From an uncultured Acidobacteriota bacterium (GTDB lineage: Bacteria > Acidobacteriota > Thermoanaerobaculia > UBA5066): a stretch of 64,000 bases of DNA. The notes below the pieces were generated by a model, which saw only the letters and a list, made by a program, of their open reading frames with translations, had not been told where the DNA came from and did not search any database. Shown one piece after another: positions 9,815-19,467 of the stretch (its first letter is position 1; each line of letters begins with the position of its first letter). Location of the stretch: positions 1,120,001 through 1,184,000 of the forward strand of contig CAVZYA010000001.1 of NCBI GenBank assembly GCA_963779415.1, in the 5' to 3' direction. A program made the translations under genes and the position numbers.

Positions 9815-11116
9815 TCAGGGATAGATCCGGTAGAGCATCCGGGGATAGGGGATGCACTCACGCAGGTGCGCCGCGCCGCACATCCACGCGACGAAGCGCT
9901 CGAGGCCCATCCCGAAGCCGGAGTGGGGGAAGGTTCCGTACTTCCGGACGTCGAGATACCACTGGAAGGCCTCGACCGGAAGAGCGTGCTCCGTGATCCG
10001 CCGAAGGAGCAGCTCGTGGTCGTGGATCCGCTGCGAGCCGCCGATGATCTCGCCGAAGCCCTCCGGCGCCAGCATGTCGAGGCAGAGGGCCACCTCCGGG
10101 TCGCTCGCGTCCGGCTGCATGTAGAACGCCTTGATCGAGGTCGGATAGCGCGTGACCATCACCGGGGTGTCGAACCCTTCCGTGAGCGCCGTCTCCTCGT
10201 CGCCGCCGAGGTCGTCCCCGAATTTCACGGGCAGCCCCTTTTTCTGGAGGATCCCGATCGCCTCGCGGTAGTCGAGGCGCGGAAAAGGCTTCGAGAGGAG
10301 CGGCGTGAGCTTCGCGACGTCGCGCTCGAGGCGCTTCAGATCCTCGGCGCGGCGGTCGAGAACCCGCCCCGTCAGCTCCCTGACGAACTCCTCGGCGAGG
10401 TCCATGAGGCCGTCGATCTCGAGAAAGGCGACCTCCGGCTCCACCATCCAGAACTCGCGAAGGTGCCGCCGCGTCTTCGACTTCTCCGCGCGGAAGGTCG
10501 GCCCGAAGCAGTAGACCTTGCCGAGAGCCGCCGCCGCCGGCTCGAGGTAGAGCTGGCCGGACTGCGAAAGGTAGGCCTTCTCCTCTTCCGTGTACTCGGT
10601 CTCGAAGAGGTTCGACGTCCCCTCGCAGGCGTTCGGCGTCAGGATCGGCGAGTCGACCCGGGTGTAGCCGCGCGCGTGGAAGAAATCGTGGATGGCGCTC
10701 TCGACCTCGCTCCGGATCTTCAGGATGGCGACCTGCTTGGCGGAGCGGAGCCAGAGGTGCCGCTGCGACAGGAGGAAGTCGATGCCGTGCTCTTTCGGGG
10801 TGATGGGCCAGTCGCGGCAGAGGTCGAGGATCCTCACGTCCGTGACGCCCAACTCGACCCCTCCGGGGGAACGCGGGTCCGAGCGGACGACGCCGGTCAC
10901 CTCGAGCGTCGACTCCTGCGTCGCCGTCGTGGCCGCTTCCCAGACGGCCTCGGGCACGTCCGCCTTCGAGACGACCGCCTGGACGTAGCCGCTGCCGTCC
11001 CGGAGGACGAGGAACCAGATCTTCCCCCCCTTGCGCCAGTGGTAGAGCCATCCCTTCAGCGTTACCGTCTCGCCGACATGCTTCGGGAGATCAGAGATTG
11101 CGACGGATGCCGTCAT
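9815..11116 (-). CDS. asnS: Asparagine--tRNA ligase
   Basis: OB-fold N-terminus, LSQSGQLY, FRAEKSKTRRHL, EIIGGSQR, PHSGFGMGLER. Confidence 0.95.
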   Translation of the reverse strand: MTASVAISDLPKHVGETVTLKGWLYHWRKGGKIWFLVLRDGSGYVQAVVSKADVPEAVWEAATTATQESTLEVTGVVRSDPRSPGGVELGVTDVRILDLCRDWPITPKEHGIDFLLSQRHLWLRSAKQVAILKIRSEVESAIHDFFHARGYTRVDSPILTPNACEGTSNLFETEYTEEEKAYLSQSGQLYLEPAAAALGKVYCFGPTFRAEKSKTRRHLREFWMVEPEVAFLEIDGLMDLAEEFVRELTGRVLDRRAEDLKRLERDVAKLTPLLSKPFPRLDYREAIGILQKKGLPVKFGDDLGGDEETALTEGFDTPVMVTRYPTSIKAFYMQPDASDPEVALCLDMLAPEGFGEIIGGSQRIHDHELLLRRITEHALPVEAFQWYLDVRKYGTFPHSGFGMGLERFVAWMCGAAHLRECIPYPRMLYRIYP

Positions 11117-11150
11117 GAGGGCGGGAGGATACAGGACCGGGATTCTCCGG

Positions 11151-11180
11151 CCGGGGGGCCTTAGCCCCCCGGACCCCCCC
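11151..11180 (-). repeat. REP-like palindrome (copy 2), overlapping the stop of the 89-aa ORF
   Basis: Reverse complement GGGGGGTCCGGGGGGC-TAA-GGCCCCCCGG matches 6000-6036. Confidence 0.65.
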
Positions 11181-11430
11181 GCATCCGGACTCTCCAGTTC
11201 TGGAGGACGACCACCGCCTGCGAGAGGCGGAGAAGCCTGCGACTTCTCTGCTGGACGACGTCCGTCTGCTCCGAGGAGACGATCTGACTGCGCAGCTCGC
11301 GCGAGAGCTTCTCGATCTCCTGAAGAAGCGCATCCACCTCGTGGCGTTCGTACTTCTTGAGCGTCACCGGATTCAGCAGCAGATAGCCGTCCGCGAGGTC
11401 GCTTGCGGCCTTCCATGCGGGGATCGCCAT
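11161..11430 (-). CDS. Small helical hypothetical protein
   Basis: 89-aa ORF with normal amino-acid composition filling the gap upstream of asnS. Confidence 0.7.
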   Translation of the reverse strand: MAIPAWKAASDLADGYLLLNPVTLKKYERHEVDALLQEIEKLSRELRSQIVSSEQTDVVQQRSRRLLRLSQAVVVLQNWRVRMRGGPGG

Positions 11431-11493
11431 GACGGCAGGATGCTACATTCCGCCCCTCAGGGCAAAGCGCCCGCGGGCGGAAGGGGGACGATC

Positions 11494-12681
11494 GTGGGCT
11501 TTCCGGGTGTCGACTTCTACGGGATCGAGGAACTCTTCTCCGACGACGAGCGGGCCGTTCGGGACCTCGTCCGCGACTTCGTGGACGCCGAGGTCCTCCC
11601 CATCATCGAGACCTGCGCGTGGGAAGGGCGCTTCCCCCGGGAGCTGGTCCCGAAGATGGCGGGACTCGACCTCCTCGGGGCGACGATCCCGGAGTACGGC
11701 CTCCCCGGCCTGAACAACGTCGCTTACGGCCTCATCATGCAGGAGCTGGAGCGGGGGGACTCGGGCCTCCGCTCCTTCGTCTCGGTCCAGTCCTCTCTCG
11801 TGATGTTCCCCATCTACACCTACGGGTCGAAGGAGCAGAGGGACCTCTGGATCCCCAGGCTCGCGTCGGGCGAGGCGATCGGCTGCTTCGGCCTGACGGA
11901 GCCCGACTTCGGCTCGAACCCGGGCGGGATGAGGACCGTCGCGAAAAAGGAAGGGAGCGAGTGGGTCCTGAACGGGGCCAAGGCGTGGATCACGAACGGC
12001 TCCATTGCCGATGTCGCCCTCGTCTGGGCCAAGGTGGGCGATACGAACGGAGTCGTCCGCGGCTTCCTCGTCCCGCGTGGAACGAGAGGCTTCACCACCT
12101 CCGAGCACCGGATGAAGATGTCCCTCCGGGCGTCCGTCACGTCCCAGCTCGCCTTCGACGACTGCCGGATCCCGGAGCAGAACGTCCTCCCGGGGGTCGA
12201 AGGGCTGAAAGGGCCGCTCTCCTGCCTGACGCAGGCCCGATACGGCATCGCGTGGGGGGCTCTCGGCTCCGCCATGGCGACCTACCACTGCGCTCTCGAG
12301 TACGCGAAGAGCCGGAAGCAGTTCAAGGGCCGCCCCATCGCCGCGCACCAGCTCGTCCAGTCGAAGTTCGCCTTCATGATCACCGAGATCACGAAGGGGC
12401 AGCTCCTCGCCCTCCGGCTCGGACGCCTGAAGGACGAGAAGAAAATGAAGCCCGAGCACGTCTCGATGGCCAAGCGGAACAACGTCTGGGTGGCCCGCGA
12501 GTGCGCGAAGCTGGCCCGCGAGATCCTCGGCGCGAACGGCATCGTCGGTGAGTACCCCGTCTTCCGTCATCTCGCGAACATCGAGTCGGTCTTCACTTAC
12601 GAAGGGACGCACGACATCCACACCCTCGTTCTCGGGCAGGCCGTGACGGGAATCCCGGCCTACGATCCTCCGACGGAATAG
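11494..12681 (+). CDS. Acyl-CoA dehydrogenase (glutaryl-CoA dehydrogenase-like)
   Basis: ELERGDSGLRSFVSVQSSL, GCFGLTEPDFGSNP, TYEGTHDIHTL. Confidence 0.92.
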   Translation: MGFPGVDFYGIEELFSDDERAVRDLVRDFVDAEVLPIIETCAWEGRFPRELVPKMAGLDLLGATIPEYGLPGLNNVAYGLIMQELERGDSGLRSFVSVQSSLVMFPIYTYGSKEQRDLWIPRLASGEAIGCFGLTEPDFGSNPGGMRTVAKKEGSEWVLNGAKAWITNGSIADVALVWAKVGDTNGVVRGFLVPRGTRGFTTSEHRMKMSLRASVTSQLAFDDCRIPEQNVLPGVEGLKGPLSCLTQARYGIAWGALGSAMATYHCALEYAKSRKQFKGRPIAAHQLVQSKFAFMITEITKGQLLALRLGRLKDEKKMKPEHVSMAKRNNVWVARECAKLAREILGANGIVGEYPVFRHLANIESVFTYEGTHDIHTLVLGQAVTGIPAYDPPTE

Positions 12682-12705
12682 CGCACAACCTCTAGAATCA
12701 ACCGA

Positions 12706-14055
12706 ATGGCAATCTCCGGAAGCCTCCGGACGATGCAGTTCTCGGAACTGCTGCAGTGGCTCTCCACCGGCCTGAAGACCGGCACGCTGATCGTCCGGGG
12801 CTCGTCCGGCGAGAAGAGGATCTACTTCCAGAACGGGCGGATCATCTCTTCATCCTCCACCGTCGAGCGCGAGTTCCTCGGCCGTTTCCTGGTCGGCTTC
12901 GGCTTCATCACGGAGGAAGAGCTCCTCCGCGCCCTCGACGTCCAGCGGGAATCGAAGGTCCTTCTCGGCAAGATCCTCGTCATGATCGGCGCGATCCGCG
13001 AGGAGGAGCTCGCGGATCTTCTCCGCCTGAAGGCCGCCGAGACGATCTATGACATCTTCCTCTGGGAGGAGGGGACCTTCGCTTTCCTCGACGGCGAGGT
13101 CCCGAACCTCGCCACCGTCACGATCTCCTCCGAGGTGACCGGCATCGTCATGGAGGGGCTCCGCCGCTACGACGAGTGGCAGCGGATCCGGACGCGCCTC
13201 GCCTCCCTCCGGCAGGTCCCGGCGATCCTCATTCCGGTCGAAGAAGGGTTGAACGACCGGGAGAAGATGATCCTGAACGCGATCGACGGCGTCCGGCCCG
13301 TGGAGGAAATCGCCGCCGTCACACACAACCCGGACTTCCACGTAGCCAAGTTCGTCTACGACCTTCTCGAATCGGGGCACCTGCAGCTCGTGGGCGAGCG
13401 CGAGCCCTCGTCGACGCCCCCCGACCGCCTCGAGGCCGAGCTTCACGCCGAGATGATGTCGACGGGGCCGATCTCGTCCATCTACAGCCACGAGCCCGGC
13501 CTTCCGGAAGCGGCCGAGGTCTCCTTGTCGTCCGCCGGCCGCGCCGCCGCAGCGCCGTCTTCGGCCGCAGTCTCGGCTCCGGCCGCGTCCGAACCCCTCT
13601 CCCCGTCTCCTTCGTCGCCGCAGGACTTCCGCCGTTTCCTCCGCCCCCACGATTCCGACTCGCGCGCGAGGCGTCCTTCGGGGGCGATCGCGCAGGTCCC
13701 GTCCCCCGCGCCGCCTTCCGTCCCCCCCTCCGCCGTCGCTCCGGAGCTGCCCTCGATTCCCGAGGAAGAGCGGGACCTTCCGGAAGCCGTGGAAGCCGCG
13801 GACTCGCTGCCGCCGGTGCCGATCGACGCGCCCGCGGTTCCCCGGAAGATCCCGCTCGCCTCCATTCCCCGGCTCACGAAGCCGATGGAGGATCTGGTGT
13901 CGCTCCCGTTCACACCGAACGAGGCCTTCGTCGTCTCGCGGATCAACGGGCTCTGGGACGTCCGCTCGATCGCCCGCATCAGCCCGTTTCCCGAAGTCGA
14001 GGTTCTCCGCGTCTTCGCGAAGCTCGAGGCGCAGGGCGTCGTCGCGTTTCGATGA
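12706..14055 (+). CDS. DUF4388 (PatA-N-like) domain protein with Pro/Ser-rich linker and C-terminal wHTH-like segment
   Basis: ISGSLRTMQFSELLQWL..KTGTL..KRIYFQNGRI; EGLRRYDEW. Confidence 0.8.
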   Translation: MAISGSLRTMQFSELLQWLSTGLKTGTLIVRGSSGEKRIYFQNGRIISSSSTVEREFLGRFLVGFGFITEEELLRALDVQRESKVLLGKILVMIGAIREEELADLLRLKAAETIYDIFLWEEGTFAFLDGEVPNLATVTISSEVTGIVMEGLRRYDEWQRIRTRLASLRQVPAILIPVEEGLNDREKMILNAIDGVRPVEEIAAVTHNPDFHVAKFVYDLLESGHLQLVGEREPSSTPPDRLEAELHAEMMSTGPISSIYSHEPGLPEAAEVSLSSAGRAAAAPSSAAVSAPAASEPLSPSPSSPQDFRRFLRPHDSDSRARRPSGAIAQVPSPAPPSVPPSAVAPELPSIPEEERDLPEAVEAADSLPPVPIDAPAVPRKIPLASIPRLTKPMEDLVSLPFTPNEAFVVSRINGLWDVRSIARISPFPEVEVLRVFAKLEAQGVVAFR

Positions 14056-15752
14056 GCTTCTCCGCGGCCGCGCTCGTCCTTCTCGCCTTCCTCGTCGTGG
14101 TGGTCGCCGTCGCGCAGGCGCTCCTGCAGGCGCGCCGCGCGCAGGAACGTCGGAAGGCCGAGCGGGAGCGGACGGGGCGCGAGCTGAAGACCCTTCGCGA
14201 GATCTCCGTCGCGTTTTCCGCCGTCGGGCCCGACCGCGAGGCGTTCGAAAGGCTCTTCCAGACGATCCGAGTCGGCTTCCCGATCCGTGCCCTCGCCGCG
14301 GTCTCCTACGACGAGGACCCGGAGGGCGCCCTTTCCGTCACGATGGCGGGGGACGTCACGCTCACGCGCTCCGGCTTCCAGGACTGGCTCGCCGGCCAGC
14401 GCGACCTCGAGCAGCCGTTCCTCCCCTCGGCTCCCGAGCCGCGGATCTCGCGCGGCCGCCGCCGCGACCTCGTTCTGAATCCGGGCTTCGACGTGCAGGT
14501 GCTTCTCCCGCTCCAGACGCCCGCCGTCATCGCCGGCCTCCTCGTTCTCGAGTCGAATGATCCGGACCTGGCCTCGTCCGAGACGCTGCAGGAGCTCTCG
14601 GTCCTCGTCGACCACGTCGCCCTGGCGCTCCAGGACCGGAATCTCCGGCGGCAGATGCAGATCGTCAATGAGCGGCTCCAGAGCCGCGCCGAGACTCTCC
14701 AGAAGATTCTCGGGCTCTCGAACGAGCTGAAGGCCCATCTCACGCTCGCCGGCGTCACCGAGGGGGTCGTGACGGCCGTGCGACAGAGCCTCGGATTCGG
14801 GACCGCCACCCTCTACCTTTACGACCGAAACGCGAACGTCTTCGAGCGGAAGGCCCGCGCCGCCGATGCCCCGGAGAGCGAACCCTCCCCCGCCCGGATC
14901 CCCCGCGAGGAGATCGCCTGCTGGTTCGCCGAGCGCTACCGGCTCTCGAAGAGCTACTTCGTCTCGCATCTCGACCGTTCCTCCGGGGTGGAGTCGAGCG
15001 GCAAGCTCGACCGGCGGCAGCGAACGCCCGGGCCGGGGACCTGGCACGCCGGGGACCGGCTCTTCATCCCGCTCACCGCCGGCGACCAGCTCGTCGGGGT
15101 CCTCCGCGCCGAGAACTCCGTGAGCGGCCAGGTCCCCTCCCTGCTCGACGTCCAGGCGCTCGAGATCTTCGCGAACCACGCGGTCTCGGCCCTCCAGTCC
15201 GCCCGCGCTTACGAGACGACGCAGGAGCTTTCGGTCCGCGATTCCCTGACCGACGCCTTCAATCACCGCTACTTCCAGGAGACGCTGTCCAAGGAGCTGA
15301 CGCGTCACGAGCGGAGCGGCAGCCCCTTCACGCTCGGGATGCTCGACATCGACGACTTCAAGAAGATCAACGACCTCTTCGGCCATCCGGTCGGCGACGT
15401 CGTCCTCAAGAGGCTCGTCGAGGAGATGGTCCGGAGCGTCCGGGAGATGGATACGGTGGCGCGGTACGGCGGCGAGGAGTTCGCGCTCATTTTCCCCGAG
15501 ACGACGACCGATCAGGCGCTCCTCGTGGCCGACCGCCTCCGGCGCCGGGTCGCTTCCCGCATCTTCTCCTCCCCCGGCCTTCCCCATCCGCTCGGGATCA
15601 CCGTTTCCATCGGCCTCGCGAGCTACCCCGAGGACGGCGTCTCGAAGCGCGCCCTCGTCGAGCGCGCCGACCAGGCCCTCTACCAGGCCAAGCGGAGCGG
15701 AAAGAACTGCCTCGTCACCGCGTCGTCGCTCGCGGACCTGAAGTCGTTCTAG
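14052..15752 (+). CDS. Membrane-anchored GAF-GAF-GGDEF diguanylate cyclase
   Basis: DSLTDAFNHRYF, DIDDFKKIND, RYGGEEF with REMD I-site. Confidence 0.92.
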   Translation: MSFSAAALVLLAFLVVVVAVAQALLQARRAQERRKAERERTGRELKTLREISVAFSAVGPDREAFERLFQTIRVGFPIRALAAVSYDEDPEGALSVTMAGDVTLTRSGFQDWLAGQRDLEQPFLPSAPEPRISRGRRRDLVLNPGFDVQVLLPLQTPAVIAGLLVLESNDPDLASSETLQELSVLVDHVALALQDRNLRRQMQIVNERLQSRAETLQKILGLSNELKAHLTLAGVTEGVVTAVRQSLGFGTATLYLYDRNANVFERKARAADAPESEPSPARIPREEIACWFAERYRLSKSYFVSHLDRSSGVESSGKLDRRQRTPGPGTWHAGDRLFIPLTAGDQLVGVLRAENSVSGQVPSLLDVQALEIFANHAVSALQSARAYETTQELSVRDSLTDAFNHRYFQETLSKELTRHERSGSPFTLGMLDIDDFKKINDLFGHPVGDVVLKRLVEEMVRSVREMDTVARYGGEEFALIFPETTTDQALLVADRLRRRVASRIFSSPGLPHPLGITVSIGLASYPEDGVSKRALVERADQALYQAKRSGKNCLVTASSLADLKSF

Positions 15753-16496
15753 CGGACAGGGCGAAGGCCGGCGGGCTTTGTCACCGCCGGGCAGCCGCCG
15801 ACGGCGAACCGGAGCGGCCACCGCGCCGCGTCGCCCGCATACGCGACGCCGACGCGCGGCCCGACGAGGACAGGAAAGAAAGGGAACGAAATCCTTCTGA
15901 GGGGGAAAGAGAAAGAGATCGGGACCCGAAAGCGGCTTTCCCGAGAGCGACGTCGTGATCTGTAAATAGCGGCAGAGTTTCGCGGGGCCGGACGCAACGA
16001 GAAGCCCTTCTCTTTCTGCCGCCGATAGCTCTCGGGGGGCCGGTGTCAAGGGCGCGCTTCGCGCGCCGCGCAGCGGTCGCGGACCCTTGACACCGGCCCC
16101 CCGAGGAGCACGTTGTCTGATATCGGCGGCTGCATCAGCAGCCGCCGCATATGAGAGGAAATCGATCCATCTCTCTTCCGGGATTCCCGCCCTGATGAGA
16201 ACGGCTTCAGGTTCGCCCTCTCGTCTCGTCACGACGTTCAGGCAGTGGTGCATGCCGTAGACGAAGTAGACGTAGGCGTGGCCGCCCGGCCCCCACATCG
16301 GCGCGACCCGCGCGGTTCTTCTTCCGTTCCAGGTGTGCGCCGCGCGGTCTCCCACGCCGAGATAGGCCTCGGTCTCGACGATCACGACCGACCGTTCCGA
16401 TCCGTCCGCAAGGCGCCGGACGAGGCGGCAGCCGAGAAGGTCGCGCGCGACGGCCGCGGTGCCTCGCCGGAAGAAGGAGGTCGGGAGCGGCTTCAT
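15749..16496 (-). CDS. mpg: DNA-3-methyladenine glycosylase with internal insertion; frameshift ~15880
   Basis: IVETEAYLG, YVYFVYGMHHCLNVV, AVLIRA, GPAKLC; C-terminal GPRVGV..WPLRF lies in another frame. Confidence 0.88.
16031..16105. repeat. Perfect 22-bp inverted repeat inside mpg
   Basis: CTCGGGGGGCCGGTGTCAAGGG (16031-16052) / CCCTTGACACCGGCCCCCCGAG (16084-16105). Confidence 0.9.
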
Positions 16497-16516
16497 TGCT
16501 ATTCTCGACCCCGATC

Positions 16517-17464
16517 ATGAATCAGACTGGTTCGCCCGTCCTCGTCACCGGCGGCGCGGGCTTCATCGGCTCGCACCTTTCCGACGCGCTCCTCGCCGCC
16601 GGCCACCGCGTCGTCGTCTTCGACGACCTCTCGAGCGGAAAACTCGGGCGCGTCCCGTCCGGGGCGCGCTTCGTGGAGGGGGATCTCCGGCGGCACGACC
16701 TCGGGTCCCTCCTGCGAGAGGAACGGATCGCCGCCGTCTTCCACCACGCCGCGCAGATCGACGTGAGGAAGTCGGTCGCGGACCCTGTCTTCGACGCGGA
16801 GGTGAACGTCCTCGGGACGATCCGGCTCGCGAAGGCCTGCGTCGACGCGGGCGTCTCCCAGATTCTCTTCGCGTCGAGCGGGGGCGCGATCTACGGCGAC
16901 CCGACAGGCTTCTCCGCCGACGAGAGCCACCCGATGAATCCCGTCTCTCCGTACGGGACGGCCAAGCTCGCGGGCGAAAAGTACCTCCAGTGCCTCGCCT
17001 GGGAGACCCCCCTCGTCGTGACGCTCCTCCGCTATGCGAACGTTTACGGCCCGCGGCAGGACGGCTCGGGAGAGGCCGGCGTCGTCGGGATCTGGATGAA
17101 GCGCCTTTTCGCCGGCGAGGACGGCGTGATCTACGGCGACGGCGTCCAGAGCCGGGACTTCGTCTACGTCGGCGACGTCGTCGCCGCGAATCTCGTGGCG
17201 TTCCGGAAAAAGGCGGCCGGCGTCTTCAACATCGGGACAGGGATCGAGACGACCGTGAACGCGCTCTACGACGAGGTCGCAAGGGCCTGCGGGACCTCCC
17301 GTCCGGCCCGCCGCGAAGCGGGAAAGCCGGGCGAGCAGCGCCGGAGCGTCCTCGACGTCTCCCGCGCCGCCGGCCTTCTCGGCTTCACCCCCGCCGTGCC
17401 CCTTCGGGAGGGGCTCCGGCGGACGGCGGAGTGGTTCCGGGACCCGTCGTCGCGGACGGCCTGA
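16517..17464 (+). CDS. NAD-dependent epimerase/dehydratase (UDP-glucose 4-epimerase-like)
   Basis: TGGAGFIGSH, YGTAK, RYANVYGPRQ. Confidence 0.92.
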   Translation: MNQTGSPVLVTGGAGFIGSHLSDALLAAGHRVVVFDDLSSGKLGRVPSGARFVEGDLRRHDLGSLLREERIAAVFHHAAQIDVRKSVADPVFDAEVNVLGTIRLAKACVDAGVSQILFASSGGAIYGDPTGFSADESHPMNPVSPYGTAKLAGEKYLQCLAWETPLVVTLLRYANVYGPRQDGSGEAGVVGIWMKRLFAGEDGVIYGDGVQSRDFVYVGDVVAANLVAFRKKAAGVFNIGTGIETTVNALYDEVARACGTSRPARREAGKPGEQRRSVLDVSRAAGLLGFTPAVPLREGLRRTAEWFRDPSSRTA

Positions 17465-18692
17465 CCCCTCCCGTTCCCGGGTGGGGCTTCGGCTCCGGAA
17501 ACTTTCGCCGGATCACGACGACGGTCTGGTCGTCCTCCGGGGAAGGCTGGCCGCTGAAGAGGCCGGCCGAGAGGAGGACCCGCTCGGCGATCTCGCGCGC
17601 CGGCCGGCGTCTCATCTCGGCCACCATCCGCCGGAGCCTCCCCGTCCCGAACTCGCGCCCCTTCTCGTCGTGCGCCTCCGTGATCCCGTCCGTGTAGAGG
17701 CAGAGGAGGTCCCCCGGCTCCATCCGGAAGCCGCGACGCCCGTAGGTCGAGTTCGGGGAAGGGCCGAGGACCATCCCCGTCGGCGCGAGCTCCTCGAAGG
17801 TTCTCCGGCGGCTCACGAAGTGAAGGGGCGCCGGGTGTCCCGCGTTGACGTAGAGAACCTCCCCGTTCGCCTCGAACTCGGCATAGAAGAGCGAGACGAA
17901 CTTCGTCGTCAGGCGGCTCTTGTTGAGGATCCGGTTCAGCCGCTCGAGCGTCCGGGAGATCTTCAGGTCGCTGCCGATCGCCATCCGGAGGCCCACGTGG
18001 ACGTCGCGGACGAGGAGGGCGGCGAGGAGGCCGTGCCCGGAGGCATCGGCGATCGCGGTGCCGAAGCTGTCGTTTCCGATCGGGATGAAATCGTAGAAGT
18101 CGCCCCCCACCAGCTCCGCCGGACGCGAGATCGCCGCGACGTCGAAGTCGCCGACGGAAGGGACGGAGCGCGGGAGGATCGACTGCTGGATCCGGTGCGC
18201 CTCCTGTATCAGCCCCTCCAGCTTCTCGGTCCGAAGCTTGCTGTCGACGGCCGTCCGGATGATGCCGAGGGCGAGGAGAAGATCGGCCGTCGGGACGCGC
18301 GGCGAGACGTCGAAGGAGAGGAGATATCCCTCGTCTCCCACCGAGACCGCCGCGAAGCGCTTCACGCCGAGGCGGGCCTCGAGGTCGCGGTCGACGGTCG
18401 GGTCGGAGAGGTCGGTGAGGTCGATCCCTTCCGAGAGCGCGCGCCGGACGGGCGCGTACTCCGTGGAGACGGTCAGGCCCGGCTCGATCTGCCGCGAGCG
18501 CCCGAAGCCCTTCGTCAGGACGTATTCGTTTTCGCGCCGGACGTAGAGGCGTCCGCCGAAGATGCCGAGCTCGTTCCGGAGGTTCCGGACGATCGCCTCG
18601 CAGACGGCGAGAATCGTGGTGGCGACGTCGGCGGAGCTCTCGATGGCGGAGAGGGTCCGCTCGACGCTTTGAAGGAGAGACCGGTAGTTCAT
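17385..18692 (-). CDS. PP2C/SpoIIE (RsbU-type) phosphatase with N-terminal GAF-like region
   Basis: VGGDFYD, IADASGHG, NAGHP, YTDGITEA, DDQT. Confidence 0.9.
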   Translation of the reverse strand: MNYRSLLQSVERTLSAIESSADVATTILAVCEAIVRNLRNELGIFGGRLYVRRENEYVLTKGFGRSRQIEPGLTVSTEYAPVRRALSEGIDLTDLSDPTVDRDLEARLGVKRFAAVSVGDEGYLLSFDVSPRVPTADLLLALGIIRTAVDSKLRTEKLEGLIQEAHRIQQSILPRSVPSVGDFDVAAISRPAELVGGDFYDFIPIGNDSFGTAIADASGHGLLAALLVRDVHVGLRMAIGSDLKISRTLERLNRILNKSRLTTKFVSLFYAEFEANGEVLYVNAGHPAPLHFVSRRRTFEELAPTGMVLGPSPNSTYGRRGFRMEPGDLLCLYTDGITEAHDEKGREFGTGRLRRMVAEMRRRPAREIAERVLLSAGLFSGQPSPEDDQTVVVIRRKFPEPKPHPGTGGVRPSATTGPGTTPPSAGAPPEGARRG

Positions 18693-18707
18693 GCGGGCCG
18701 GAGTGTA
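18634..18707. repeat. Direct repeat copy A (5' end of the SpoIIE gene plus -10 box)
   Basis: 59 bp identical to 19468-19526, extending imperfectly through CCGGAGTGTA. Confidence 0.92.
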
Positions 18708-18785
18708 CCCGTCCTCCGGTCGATTGAGACCCCGTCTCCCGGGTACCTTCTTCTGTATATGATACAGTAACGGTGAGGTTTCCCT

Positions 18786-19016
18786 GTGCCGCAGATCAAC
18801 CTCCACGTGACCGACCGCTTCGAGAAAGACCTCCGGCGCTTCATGCGCGCCCGCGGCATCCCGACGAAGTCCGCCGCGATCCGGACGGCCGTAGAGGAAG
18901 GATGCGAGCGGAGCGCGGCGGCGCGGCGGGCCGACTACCGCTCCTGGCTCGGCCTCGGGAAGAACGGGCCCGCGCGGCGCCCCCGCTTCGCCTCCCACGA
19001 CGACCTCTGGCGCTGA
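18786..19016 (+). CDS. Antitoxin, ribbon-helix-helix type (VapB-like)
   Basis: QINLHV..F..L......TKSAAIR RHH pattern; directly upstream of a PIN toxin. Confidence 0.75.
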   Translation: MPQINLHVTDRFEKDLRRFMRARGIPTKSAAIRTAVEEGCERSAAARRADYRSWLGLGKNGPARRPRFASHDDLWR

Positions 19017-19019
19017 GCC

Positions 19020-19427
19020 GTGGTCGTCGACACCTCGGCCCTCCTCGCGGTCCTCTTCGACGAGCCCCACGGCGCCTGGTGCGCCGACCGGATGGCCGAG
19101 GCGAAGGGGGACGTCGTCATGAGCACGGTCAACCTCGCTGAAACGCTGATCCTCGTCGCCGATCGGAGACCCGGCGCCATGAAGGCTGTCGAGGAAGAGG
19201 TCGTCTCGTCCGGAGCGATCCGCTTCGTCCCCCCCGACGCCGAACAGGCCCGCGCCGCCGCGGCGGCGCGCCTCCGCTTCCCGCTCAACCTCGGCGACTG
19301 TTTCGCCTACGCGCTCGCGGTCGCCGAAGACGCCCCCATCCTCACCCTCGACCGCGACTTCCTCGCCACGGGCCACCCGCTCCTTATCCCGAAGCGGACC
19401 CCCCGCCGTACGCGGCGCCGGCCTTAG
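19020..19427 (+). CDS. vapC: PIN-domain type II toxin VapC
   Basis: VVDTSALLAVL, NLAE, LNLGDCFAYALA, LTLDRDF. Confidence 0.92.
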   Translation: MVVDTSALLAVLFDEPHGAWCADRMAEAKGDVVMSTVNLAETLILVADRRPGAMKAVEEEVVSSGAIRFVPPDAEQARAAAAARLRFPLNLGDCFAYALAVAEDAPILTLDRDFLATGHPLLIPKRTPRRTRRRP

Positions 19428-19447
19428 AATTCAAATCGCAAATTAGC

Positions 19448-19459
19448 AGACCTGACCCC
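19448..19459 (-). repeat. GGGGTCAGGTCT motif (REP-like element end)
   Basis: Exact 12-mer also at 50971, 51014 and 52404; sits at the point where the duplicated SpoIIE 5' end is truncated. Confidence 0.75.
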
Positions 19460-19467
19460 GGCGGACC

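Noticed and set aside
13482-16496. 1004-aa ORF beginning with Mpg
   Set aside because: Read-through caused by the ~15880 frameshift into the antisense of the GGDEF gene; the true Mpg C-terminus ends at 15749.
17385-17464. 80-bp convergent overlap between the epimerase and SpoIIE genes
   Set aside because: Low-complexity C-terminal extension typical of stop-codon drift in GC-rich genomes; no functional signal.
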